A stretch of DNA of 32,000 nucleotides, from positions 859,821-891,820 of the forward strand of contig CAWHDH010000017.1 in assembly GCA_963828075.1 (NCBI GenBank), read 5' to 3'. A model generated the notes under the pieces. It ran no database searches and had not been told where the DNA came from. It saw nothing but the letters and a program-made list of their open reading frames with translations. Below, one piece after another: positions 1 through 7,652 of the stretch; position 1 is the stretch's first letter, and the number at the start of each line of letters is the position of its first letter. The position numbers and the translations under genes were made by a program. This stretch comes from an uncultured Solirubrobacterales bacterium. Lineage in GTDB: Bacteria; Actinomycetota; Thermoleophilia; Solirubrobacterales; Solirubrobacteraceae.

Positions 1-140
1 ACGGCGACGCGATCGAGGTCCGGCCGCTCTCGCGCCCGGACGCGGGCGGGATCTCGATCGAGAAGGCGCGGCGGCTGCTGGGCTACGACCCGCGCCGCTC
101 CTGGCGCGACCACCTCGACGAGAACGGGAGCCCGCGCTGA
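1..140 (+). CDS. 3' end of a CDS entering from upstream; the C-terminus resembles NAD-dependent epimerase/dehydratase family proteins
   Basis: The frame starting at nt 3 translates GDAIEVRPLSRPDAGGISIEKARRLLGYDPRRSWRDHLDENGSPR*, with TGA at 138-140. The KARRLLGYxP tail is typical of SDR-type epimerases. Only 45 aa are visible. Confidence 0.4.
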   Translation, partial: GDAIEVRPLSRPDAGGISIEKARRLLGYDPRRSWRDHLDENGSPR

Positions 141-145
141 ACCCG

Positions 146-751
146 GTGCGCCTCGTGCGTCGCCTCCGCTCGCCCGGGCTGATCGTCGCGATGATCGCGG
201 TCGTCCTCGCGGGCGTCGGGACCGCGACGGCTGCGCGCGACCTCATCACCGGGCGCGACGTGCGCAACAGCTCACTGACCGGCGCCGACATCCGCAACCG
301 CTCGCTCTCTCCGCGTGACTTCCGCGGGTCGGTGACCGGCCAGCCCGGCCCGGCGGGACGCACCGGCGAGCCCGGACCGATCGGCCCGGCCGGCCCGGCG
401 GGCCCTGCCGGCAAGGGGTTCGAGGGGCTCCGGCGGGTCAGCAAGGCCTACCGCCTGGACCCGCGGACCCCGAACCAGGCGCTCGCCGTCGACTGCCCGG
501 GCGGGAGTGCCCCGATCTCGAGCGGCGTCGACGTCTACGACGAGAGCACCAAGGAGGGTGTCGCGGGCGCATACCCGACGGGCTCCTTCCCCAACGTGAC
601 GGGCGGCGCAGCGTTCGTGACCAACACCACCGGACGGACGGACCTCATCGCGGTCGTCATCGCCATCTGCGCTCCCGGCGCGACGTTCGCGCCCGAGGAT
701 CCGGTGCCGCCGGCGGGCAAGCTGGACGCGCCCGCCGCGCACGCTCGCTAG
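146..751 (+). CDS. Small secreted or membrane-anchored protein with a short collagen-like G-X-Y stretch
   Basis: The N-terminus MRLVRRLRSPGLIVAMIAVVLAGVGTATA looks like a signal peptide or anchor. Nine consecutive G-X-Y triplets follow (GQPGPAGRTGEPGPIGPAGPAGPAGKG). GTG start. The overlapping antisense ORFs are Arg/Pro-rich junk. Confidence 0.6.
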   Translation: MRLVRRLRSPGLIVAMIAVVLAGVGTATAARDLITGRDVRNSSLTGADIRNRSLSPRDFRGSVTGQPGPAGRTGEPGPIGPAGPAGPAGKGFEGLRRVSKAYRLDPRTPNQALAVDCPGGSAPISSGVDVYDESTKEGVAGAYPTGSFPNVTGGAAFVTNTTGRTDLIAVVIAICAPGATFAPEDPVPPAGKLDAPAAHAR

Positions 752-3436
752 TCACCAGGTCTTCAGCCGCTCGGACGCCGGCGGCGGCGCCAGGCGGATC
801 CGCGCGTCGAGAACCACGGCGCCCTCCGGCAGCAGCCGGACCGGGTTCAGGTCGCACTCGCGCAGCTCGGGCAGCGCGCCCGCGAGCGCGGCGAGGCGGC
901 CGAGGACGTCCGCCAGCGCGCGGCCGTCGAGCGCCGGCGCGCCGCGGAATCCGCGGACCAGGGCGGCGACCCCGGGCGAGCCGGCGATCAGGTCGTCGAC
1001 GTCGAGGTCGGTGAGCGGTAGCAGCCGGAAGGCGGTGTCGCCCAGCATCCCGGCGAGGCGGCCGCCCATGCCGAGGGCGAGCAGCGGCCCGAGGTCGGGG
1101 TCGGTGACCGAGCCGACCAGCACGTCGCCGCCCGCACCCGCCAGCGGCTGGACGAGCGCGCCCGGCCACTCGCGGCCCGCTTCGCGGACGCGGCGCTCGA
1201 GCTCGCGCCAGCCGGTGCGGATCGCATCCTCGCCTTCGATGCCGAGCAGGATCGCGTCGATGTCGGAGGCGTGCGCGGGGGGCGCGAAGTCGGCCTTGAC
1301 GACGACCGGGCCACCAAAGCCGGCGGCGGCGCTCACGGCGGCGTCGGGATCCGCGCACGCGGCGGACGCGAGCAGCTCGATCCCGTGGGTGGCGAGCAGC
1401 TCGCGCGCGGCGTCCGGCGAGATCCACCCCGGCCCGTGCTGATCGAGCTGGTGGGCCACGAGCGCGCGGGCGGCCTCAGGGTCGGCGCCCTCGACCGGCG
1501 GCGCCTGGCCGAGCGGGCGCGAGAGCCATTCGCGCCGGTCGGCGGCGAGCGCCAGCACGCCCGCGCACGCCTCGGGGAACCGGTAGTTGGGCAGCGTCTT
1601 CGCCGTGTCGGCGCCGGCGTCGGCGACGCGGCCATCCGCGGCGAGCACCGAGGCGGCGACCGGCTTCTCGTGCCGGCGCCCCTCGGTCGCGAGCGCCCGC
1701 AGGATCTCGTCGGGCGGGCGGCCGGAGATGTCGACGTGCAGCGCGACCGCCGCGTCGACCCCGTCGTCGGAGAGCAGCATCCGCAGCGCGGTCGCGTACT
1801 CGTCGGGGCCGGCGTCGATGCCCATGTCGATCGGGTTGCCGGTCCGGTCGGCGGCCGGGAGCTTCTCGCGGAGCAGCGTGTACGTGTTCCGCGCGAACTC
1901 GGCCAGCTCGAGGCCCCGGCTCAAGCAGGCGTCCGCGGCGACCGTCCCCAGACCACCCGAGTTGGTGAGGATCGCGACCCGCCGCCCGGGCGGCAGCGGC
2001 TGGGAGGCCAGCAGCGCGGCGGCGTCGAACAGCTCCTGCGTTCCCGACACCGGCAGCACGCCGGCCTGGCGGAACAGCGCGTCGACGCCCGCCTCGGTCC
2101 GGAACGCGGCGGCGGTGTGCGAGCTCGAGCCGGTCTCCGGCTCGCGCGAGCGGCGACCCTTGACGACCAGCACCGGCTTTGACCGGGAGACCCGCCGCGA
2201 GATCTGCGCGAACCGGGCGGGGTTGCCGAACGACTCCATGTAGAGCAGCACGAGCGAGACCTCCGCGTCCTCCTCCCACAGCTCCAGCAGGTCGTTGGTG
2301 GAGACGTCGGCGCGGTTGCCGAGCGCGACGAACGCCGCGACGCCGAGCCCGCGACGGGCCGCATGGCCGAGCAGCGCGATCCCCAGCGCGCCGGACTGCG
2401 ACGAGATCGCCACCGGGCCGGCGGGGGTCTGGGCGCGCGAGATCGTCGCGTCGAGCCGGCGGCCACCGGTGGTTCTGAGGAGGCCGAGCGAGTTCGGGCC
2501 GAGCATCCGCAGGCCGTGGCTGCGGACGGTGGCGAGCAGCGTCGCCTCGCGCCGTGCTCCCTCCGGGCTCGCGTCGCTGAAGCCTGCCGACACGACGACG
2601 AGCGCCTTGACGGCGGCCGCGGCCGCCTCCTCGGCCACGCCCTGCACCTCCTCCGCCGGCACCGCGATCACCACCAGGTCGGGCGGCTCTTGGAGGGCTG
2701 CGATGGACTCGACGGCGCGGATCGAGCGCACCACCGGCTGACCGCGGTTGACGGGATGGACGACGCCGTCGAAGCCGCCGTCGACGATGTTCGCCACGAT
2801 CGCCCCGCCGACGCTGCCCGGCGCGTCGGACGCACCGACCACCGCGACCGACCGCGGGTTGAGCATCGGCTGCAGCGACGCGACCGTCGCCTGGTGGTCG
2901 CGCTCGGCGATCCGCTCGGCCAGCGTCTCGGTCGGGCGGATGTCCAGCGTCAGCTTCACCTCGCCGCCGAACCCGGACCGCCGCACCCCGAACCCCGCCG
3001 AGCGGAAGACCCCGAGCATGCGCATGTTGTCCGTGAGCACCTCGGCGTCGAACCGGTGGATGCCGTGCTCGGCCGCGATCCCGGCGAGCTGCTCGAGCAG
3101 GCGCGTCCCGGTCCCCCGGCCCTGGTACTCCTGCGAGACCGCGAACGCGACCTCCGCCACCCCCGGCTCGCGCAGCCGGTCATAGCCCGCCACGGCGACG
3201 ATGTGGTCCTGGTGGTGCGCGAGGAGCGCGACGCGCGTGTCGCCGTCGGACTCGGCGTAGTAGCGCGCGATCGCCGCCGTCGCCCCGTAGCCGTGGAAGC
3301 GCAGGTACCGGCTCTCGTCATCCAAGCCGTCGAAGAACGCCCCGATCGCGTCGACGTCGTCGGGCGTGGGCGAGCGCAGCCGCAGCGTGGTGCCGTCGCG
3401 CAGCAGGACGTCGCGGACCACGGCGGCGGCGGGCAT
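752..3436 (-). CDS. Pat-type protein acetyltransferase: N-terminal GNAT domain fused to an NDP-forming acyl-CoA synthetase-like region (CoA-binding plus ATP-grasp)
   Basis: 894 aa. The N-terminus has a GNAT signature (AFAVSQEYQGRGTGTRLLEQL). A CoA-binding/succinyl-CoA-synthetase-like region follows (PRSVAVVGASDAPGSVGG, LGPNSLG, SQSGALG), then an ATP-grasp-like C-terminus. ATG at 3436. Confidence 0.85.
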   Translation of the reverse strand: MPAAAVVRDVLLRDGTTLRLRSPTPDDVDAIGAFFDGLDDESRYLRFHGYGATAAIARYYAESDGDTRVALLAHHQDHIVAVAGYDRLREPGVAEVAFAVSQEYQGRGTGTRLLEQLAGIAAEHGIHRFDAEVLTDNMRMLGVFRSAGFGVRRSGFGGEVKLTLDIRPTETLAERIAERDHQATVASLQPMLNPRSVAVVGASDAPGSVGGAIVANIVDGGFDGVVHPVNRGQPVVRSIRAVESIAALQEPPDLVVIAVPAEEVQGVAEEAAAAAVKALVVVSAGFSDASPEGARREATLLATVRSHGLRMLGPNSLGLLRTTGGRRLDATISRAQTPAGPVAISSQSGALGIALLGHAARRGLGVAAFVALGNRADVSTNDLLELWEEDAEVSLVLLYMESFGNPARFAQISRRVSRSKPVLVVKGRRSREPETGSSSHTAAAFRTEAGVDALFRQAGVLPVSGTQELFDAAALLASQPLPPGRRVAILTNSGGLGTVAADACLSRGLELAEFARNTYTLLREKLPAADRTGNPIDMGIDAGPDEYATALRMLLSDDGVDAAVALHVDISGRPPDEILRALATEGRRHEKPVAASVLAADGRVADAGADTAKTLPNYRFPEACAGVLALAADRREWLSRPLGQAPPVEGADPEAARALVAHQLDQHGPGWISPDAARELLATHGIELLASAACADPDAAVSAAAGFGGPVVVKADFAPPAHASDIDAILLGIEGEDAIRTGWRELERRVREAGREWPGALVQPLAGAGGDVLVGSVTDPDLGPLLALGMGGRLAGMLGDTAFRLLPLTDLDVDDLIAGSPGVAALVRGFRGAPALDGRALADVLGRLAALAGALPELRECDLNPVRLLPEGAVVLDARIRLAPPPASERLKTW

Positions 3437-3452
3437 GGTTTCGGGAGGTTAA

Positions 3453-3611
3453 GCCCTGATCCACCGATGATCCGTGGATGCCTCGGCGTCGCAGGCCAAG
3501 CCAGGGGTCATCGGCCGCGTATCTGCAGGGTGACCCTTTCGGTTCGCGGCCGATGGCGCATGGCGCAGTGCCTGCGGCGGCGAGGCGCCGCGGGTATCGG
3601 TGGATCAGGGC
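3453..3611. repeat. Highly structured 159-bp intergenic element with nested perfect inverted repeats (MITE/REP-like element or structured RNA)
   Basis: The outer 16-bp perfect inverted repeat is GCCCTGATCCACCGAT (3453-3468) paired with ATCGGTGGATCAGGGC (3596-3611). The inner 11-bp perfect inverted repeat is CATCGGCCGCG (3509-3519) paired with CGCGGCCGATG (3545-3555). There is also a local dyad ATCCAC-N9-GTGGAT (3459-3479). The first 30 nt recur at 16359-16388 with 27/30 identity. Confidence 0.55.
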
Positions 3612-3650
3612 TCAGGCCCGGTCCGTTCGGGTCGTCGGCCGAGGCCGCTG

Positions 3651-3656
3651 TATAAT
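3651..3656 (+). promoter_or_regulatory. Candidate -10 box (perfect TATAAT) for the tRNA-Gly gene
   Basis: A perfect TATAAT lies 11 nt upstream of tRNA position 1, in otherwise very GC-rich DNA, and is preceded by TG. I found no convincing -35 element. Confidence 0.3.
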
Positions 3657-3667
3657 CCGCCGCTCGC

Positions 3668-3741
3668 GCGGATGTAGCTCAGTTGGCTAGAGCGTCTGCT
3701 TGCCATGCAGAAGGTCGAGGGTTCGAGTCCCTTCATCCGCT
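3668..3741 (+). tRNA. tRNA-Gly (anticodon GCC)
   Basis: Hand-folded cloverleaf. Acceptor stem GCGGATG/CATCCGC; D stem GCTC/GAGC; anticodon stem TCTGC/GCAGA with loop TTGCCAT (anticodon GCC). Variable loop AGGTC; T arm GAGGG-TTCGAGT-CCCTT; discriminator T. 74 nt, with no encoded CCA. Confidence 0.93.
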
Positions 3742-3743
3742 TG
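3694..3743 (+). repeat. attL: 50-bp direct repeat running from the tRNA-Gly anticodon stem to 2 nt past the tRNA 3' end
   Basis: GTCTGCTTGCCATGCAGAAGGTCGAGGGTTCGAGTCCCTTCATCCGCTTG is identical base-for-base to 13861-13910. The flanking bases differ on both sides. Confidence 0.9.
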
Positions 3744-3751
3744 AAGCGAAA

Positions 3752-3775
3752 GCCCTGCTAGTCAGGGCTTTTTCT
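3752..3775 (+). terminator. Rho-independent terminator after tRNA-Gly (element-supplied copy)
   Basis: Stem GCCCTG / CAGGGC (6 bp) with loop CTAGT, followed by TTTTTCTTT. Confidence 0.7.
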
Positions 3776-3815
3776 TTGGGTTGAGCGGGTGGATTTGCTG
3801 GATTCTGGTGGTCGT

Positions 3816-3840
3816 GGGTACCACCCGTGGGTACCAAACG
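3816..3840 (+). promoter_or_regulatory. Two GGGTACCA motifs at the left island end (candidate integrase/Xis arm-type sites)
   Basis: GGGTACCAC lies at 3816-3824 and GGGTACCAAACG at 3829-3840. The same 12-mer GGGTACCAAACG recurs at 13775-13786 at the right end. Confidence 0.4.
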
Positions 3841-3942
3841 CCGGTCGCTCTGTCGCCCGTCAACGGGGCTTAGCGCTCCGGCGCAGGTGGATCGCCGGCC
3901 AGCCGTAACGCGCCCAGCGCGGAAGTCGTGGTCTCGACGCCA

Positions 3943-5184
3943 CTACTGCGTGCGCGCCGGCCCGCGCTGACCGGCGCTGAGTTCGCGCTCCATCTCATCG
4001 ATGAGTGCGAAGAGGCCTGTGGACTCCCAGATCCGGTTCCGCTTCCCGACCGTCACCAGTGCAAGAACGCCCTTTTCCTCTAGGTGGTTGAGCGCATTGC
4101 GAGCGGCGACCTCGCTGCGGCGGGTCAGTGCAGCGGCCTTCGCGGCATCGAGCATCGGGTACTCAGGAAGCGCATCGATGATGGCCGCAGCGGCGGAATC
4201 CTTGCGCGGATTGCCCGCCTGTTCGCGCCAGCGTTGCTGGAGAGCGGCGACCTGACCCGCCAGACGACCGGAGGCCAAAGCAGCATCCTCAGCGGCGCGC
4301 GCCAGCAAGACGATCCACTGCTGGGCGCCGTCCTCTTCAAACCGCCATGCCGTCAATGCTTCGACGTACCGCTCCCGCTCGCGCGCCAGTACGAGGCTGA
4401 TCGGCGGAATTACGTCGCGACAGACCTCCCGCCGAGCCAGGATCGCTCCGATCAGCGAACGTCCGACGCGGCCGTTGCCATCCACGAACGGGTGCACAGT
4501 CTCGAATTGCGCGTGCACCACGGCGGCTTGGACAAGGGGCGGGACGTCCCACCGGTTGGCGTAGTCGCACAAGTCCTCGAGCAGCCCCTCGACATGCCGA
4601 GCAGGAGGGGGAATGAAGTCTGCCCCAGCGGGCGTGTACGGATCATGTCCGATCCAGTTCTGGCCTGTGCGGATCTTGCCTCCATGCGCCGCCAGGAAGC
4701 GATCGGCAGCAGCAAGGCGCTTGTGAACATCACGAATCACGTCGGCGCTGAACGGATCACCGCTGGCGGCTGCCCACCGGTACACCCAGCGAACTGCGTC
4801 GATGTTGGCCACGGCGGCCTGGGCGCTGGGTTTGTGCTGGCCGCCGGCAAGCGCCTTGGCGAGCGCTCGGTGCGACGGCACATCGATGCCTTCAATCTGA
4901 CTCGAGGCGATCGCCTCAGAGCGCAGAAGTTGCTGGGCGATCGTGTTGACGCCGACAGTGTCCGTATGTCGCTGAGCATCAGCGACCGCTTCCTGGGCAT
5001 CGAGAATCGCCTGCACCGTGGTTTCGTCGAGCTTGAGCTGGAGCTCCGACAGCGGTGCCGGCACGTATGCCTGCACGCGTACCGACCGCCGGGCGCGCTT
5101 TGGAATCCCAGTTACGGCCTCCAGCGATGGCTGCCACACCTCTTCAAGCAGCTCGTAGCGAGTTCCTTTCGTCGGCGATTCCAT
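3943..5184 (-). CDS. Fic family protein (AMPylase-type, class II with an N-terminal autoinhibitory helix and a C-terminal winged-helix-like region)
   Basis: The canonical Fic motif HPFVDGNGRVGR is encoded at 4459-4494. The N-terminal SSQIEG matches the (S/T)xxxE(G/N) inhibitory motif. I prefer the ATG at 5184 over the TTG at 5190. A TATTAT -10-like box on the minus strand (5198-5193) lies 8 nt upstream, suggesting a leaderless mRNA. Confidence 0.9.
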   Translation of the reverse strand: MESPTKGTRYELLEEVWQPSLEAVTGIPKRARRSVRVQAYVPAPLSELQLKLDETTVQAILDAQEAVADAQRHTDTVGVNTIAQQLLRSEAIASSQIEGIDVPSHRALAKALAGGQHKPSAQAAVANIDAVRWVYRWAAASGDPFSADVIRDVHKRLAAADRFLAAHGGKIRTGQNWIGHDPYTPAGADFIPPPARHVEGLLEDLCDYANRWDVPPLVQAAVVHAQFETVHPFVDGNGRVGRSLIGAILARREVCRDVIPPISLVLARERERYVEALTAWRFEEDGAQQWIVLLARAAEDAALASGRLAGQVAALQQRWREQAGNPRKDSAAAAIIDALPEYPMLDAAKAAALTRRSEVAARNALNHLEEKGVLALVTVGKRNRIWESTGLFALIDEMERELSAGQRGPARTQ

Positions 5185-5321
5185 ACGCAAGGATAATACA
5201 GTATGCTTGCGCTTGACTAAGCTTGCTCATAGCCTGAGGTGCGAAACGATAGTCCTACAGCCTTTCGCAAGAACCCTCGAGCTTCGCGCCGAGTGTGCGT
5301 CAGCCATCGCCGGTAGTTCGC

Positions 5322-5654
5322 TCAGCGAGCCGGCTCACGAAACGCTTCGAGGCGCGCGACGATGGCTTCGAGGTCGGTCTGCTGCTGCCGCGCCCGATCG
5401 ATCGCCTCGATGAGTTCGTCAGGCTCGAGCTGAGCCTCGCGGAGCCGGCGCGAGCGGTAGCGCTCGACCTCCTTCGTCACCAGCTCCCCGAGGAGCTCGC
5501 TGAGCGGTCGGTAGCCGGCGAGGGCGCGGAAGTCCGCCCAGACCTCGTCTGACACCTGGACTCTGGCCATCCGGTCACGTTTCGCGGGCGGCGCGGGTTT
5601 CTCGGCGGCGGTCGATGGAGCCTGGGTGCGGCGCGGGCGCTTCTTTCGAGCCAT
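5322..5654 (-). CDS. Small basic protein with a possible ribbon-helix-helix DNA-binding core and a coiled-coil tail
   Basis: The segment ARVQVSDEVWADFRALAGYRPLSELLGELV fits a strand-helix-helix pattern and follows a Lys/Arg/Pro-rich N-terminal tail. An alternative start is the ATG at 5570 (MARVQVS). It lies directly upstream of the Fic gene on the same strand. Confidence 0.5.
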   Translation of the reverse strand: MARKKRPRRTQAPSTAAEKPAPPAKRDRMARVQVSDEVWADFRALAGYRPLSELLGELVTKEVERYRSRRLREAQLEPDELIEAIDRARQQQTDLEAIVARLEAFREPAR

Positions 5655-5684
5655 CGTGCGGATCGTATACGCGTAGACGGCGCA

Positions 5685-6062
5685 TCAGCGATGCAAGTGC
5701 GTCCCCGTTGTTGGGAGGTGTCGGGACGGGTTGGCCTTCCCCGGCTTGGCCTTCCTCGGCCTGCTGCTCATGGCGATCGTCTTGGTTGCTGGTTTCGCTC
5801 TCTGGTCGTTGGGTTCGTGCGTTGACTTGCTGTGCTTGCCGTTCGTTCTGACTTGGCTGCTTGTCTTGAGGACTTGGGCTTTGAGGGGTGTGGTGCTGTT
5901 GGGCTGGATCTCTCGCTCGCCAATCAGCCGATGCTTGAAGTCGGCCGGCGCCCAATCACAACACCCAACCGCCAGCGCGCCAGCTCGTGCGCCGTCATCG
6001 AATGCGAGCTCCCCGATCCCATCCGTTCCTGCCAGCCAGCAGGTAGCGACGACCGCATCCAC
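5685..6062 (-). CDS. Hypothetical protein: ~55-aa N-terminal domain plus a long basic, polar, low-complexity tail
   Basis: This frame has the highest third-position G+C of the three overlapping ORFs here, judged by hand inspection. It starts 19 nt after the Imm8-like stop and ends 30 nt before the next minus-strand start, which is operon-like spacing. There is no recognisable motif. Confidence 0.4.
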   Translation of the reverse strand: MDAVVATCWLAGTDGIGELAFDDGARAGALAVGCCDWAPADFKHRLIGEREIQPNSTTPLKAQVLKTSSQVRTNGKHSKSTHEPNDQRAKPATKTIAMSSRPRKAKPGKANPSRHLPTTGTHLHR

Positions 6063-6080
6063 GCGCGAAAGCGGAAGCCG

Positions 6081-6413
6081 CTAGAAGCGCGGCTGCCTAT
6101 GTGAGAACTCCCAGTAGGCGTAGCGTCCGAACTCCGCCGTGAACTCATCCCAGTCGGCGGCGGGCACGGTTCGGATCAGGCGCTGGACGGCGGTCTCGAC
6201 AGCGCCCCATGTGAACGCGTTGATCACCACCGTGTACTCGGGCACCACCGGCTCGTCGCCATGTTCCGCCAACCACTGGGGCGTCACGAACCGAAGGTCG
6301 AAGTCGTCCGCGCCCTCGGATCGGGCATCCCCGATTGCGACCGTCACCTCGACCTGGCAGTTGGTCGGGTCGTCGGGCAAGTCCTCAACGCCCGGTAGGT
6401 GGCGACTGAACAT
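6081..6413 (-). CDS. Imm8-like immunity protein (polymorphic-toxin immunity family)
   Basis: EDLPDDPTNCQVEVTVAIGDARSEGADDFDLRFVTPQWLAEH...DWDEFTAEFGRYAYWEFSH matches my recollection of the Imm8 pattern. That pattern is an acidic EGxESFD-type segment, then (V/C)TPxWL, then a C-terminal Y(G)xWEF. The ATG at 6413 gives a typical ~110-aa size. The ORF is also open to 6509 (start there unchecked), with a further in-frame Met (ATG, 6452). Confidence 0.62.
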   Translation of the reverse strand: MFSRHLPGVEDLPDDPTNCQVEVTVAIGDARSEGADDFDLRFVTPQWLAEHGDEPVVPEYTVVINAFTWGAVETAVQRLIRTVPAADWDEFTAEFGRYAYWEFSHRQPRF

Positions 6414-6728
6414 GCGCCTCACAACCGGGCTGAACGCTGGTTCGGGCGGCATCGGTACAGGATGCCGCTTAGACACCACAGGGGCATCGTGGCCAACCCC
6501 TTTGCGCAACAGCCACCATGCAAAGCAACAGACGAAGTCCTGCGCAACAGACCCCGTAGCTCCGCGTCGAGGTCATGCTCCTTTCGACGGTTGTCGACCG
6601 TCGCTTGTCGAGGGGAAGTCTGGAAGAGGATCGGCATGTGGGCGCCGCCGGACCGTCCCGCCGCGCCGCCGCCGACGGCGCGCTATGTCTCCGGCAACGC
6701 GTCCGGTTCATCGGGTTGGCTATAGCCG

Positions 6729-7370
6729 GTGCACACCGCGGCGATCTTCGCCCAGCAGCAGCCGGCCCCGACCGACTACACCCCGGCAATCATCGCGGCT
6801 TGTGTTGCGCTCGTTGGCATCCTCGTAGCCGCTTGGACCGCGCAGAAGCGTCTCCGAGTCCAGCTCGATCACGACCGCGAGCTGCACGACCTCGGCGAGC
6901 TGCGCACCGTCGTGGATGAGGCGGCCGCCCTGACCTATACGGCGCTCGACAAGCTCACGGACGCGATGGCAGCCGCGGAGGATTGGGCTATCGCTGGGCA
7001 GTCCGGCGTCAAGGAAGCCGTGGCCGCCGCCGCAGCGCGCCACGAAGCATTCGTGGTGATATGGCCGATGGAGAACATGGCAGCCCGCCTAGCGCTCCGG
7101 CTGACGGAACAACACCCCGTGTACACCGCGTTCCAAGAGTTCCACCACGGCTGTAAGCAGGCGGCGCGCCAGATGCCGCTCAAGAACCCTCCGGATCCGA
7201 TCCTTGAACCCGACCGTTGGGCGGCGCTCAGAGCGGAGCTCCGCCGCACGCGTGTGGCCTATGTTCGCCAAGCGCACGAAGTAGTCGCTTCGCGCCTTCC
7301 GCCACCCACGCCGACGGTACGCGCACATCCGAGGCTGCCCAAACTCCTCCGGCCATCCGGGCAGCGCTGA
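6729..7370 (+). CDS. Hypothetical single-pass membrane-anchored helical protein
   Basis: It has one N-terminal hydrophobic helix (PAIIAACVALVGILVAAWTA) followed by a helical soluble region. GTG start; no known motif. Confidence 0.45.
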   Translation: MHTAAIFAQQQPAPTDYTPAIIAACVALVGILVAAWTAQKRLRVQLDHDRELHDLGELRTVVDEAAALTYTALDKLTDAMAAAEDWAIAGQSGVKEAVAAAAARHEAFVVIWPMENMAARLALRLTEQHPVYTAFQEFHHGCKQAARQMPLKNPPDPILEPDRWAALRAELRRTRVAYVRQAHEVVASRLPPPTPTVRAHPRLPKLLRPSGQR

Positions 7371-7652
7371 GCGGAACTCTTGGCTCGGCCGGACCGCAGA
7401 TCCAGCGCCCTACGCCGCACCCTTCCGCGAGTGGGAGCCTTGCGCGTTGGACGAGCAGGAGCAGTCCACTCTCAAGCGCTCTGCCCATCTCGCGCCGCTA
7501 GCGCATCGCGCGACTTGCGCAAGTCGTCCGAAGCAGTAGCGCGAGGGCGTGCTGACGGACACCATGGATCCGGTGCGCGACCACCTGCGGGCGGTCGGCT
7601 CCCGGCCGACGAGCCTCGATCGAGCCCTGACCCCGCCGGTACGGTTTCGCCC

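Noticed and set aside
3478-3690. 70-aa plus-strand ORF in the pat/tRNA intergenic region
   Set aside because: The ORF runs into the tRNA-Gly gene and spans the nested inverted repeats. Its translation is Arg-rich with no coding features.
5575-5955. 126-aa minus-strand Q/E/P-rich ORF and 117-aa plus-strand hydrophobic ORF (5731-6084) in the G+T-skewed region 5700-5930
   Set aside because: Both overlap the 5685-6062(-) frame, which has better third-position G+C and operon-consistent spacing. The strand skew is explained by Lys/Asn/Thr/Pro/Ser/His codons of a disordered tail. This remains ambiguous, so the chosen CDS has low confidence.
6503-6550. 10-nt direct repeat TGCGCAACAG (6503-6512 and 6541-6550) and a small hairpin CGACGG-N7-CCGTCG (~6585-6603) upstream of the Imm8-like gene
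   Set aside because: These are short and isolated, with no supporting context. They may be promoter or operator elements, but they could equally be chance matches, so I did not call them.
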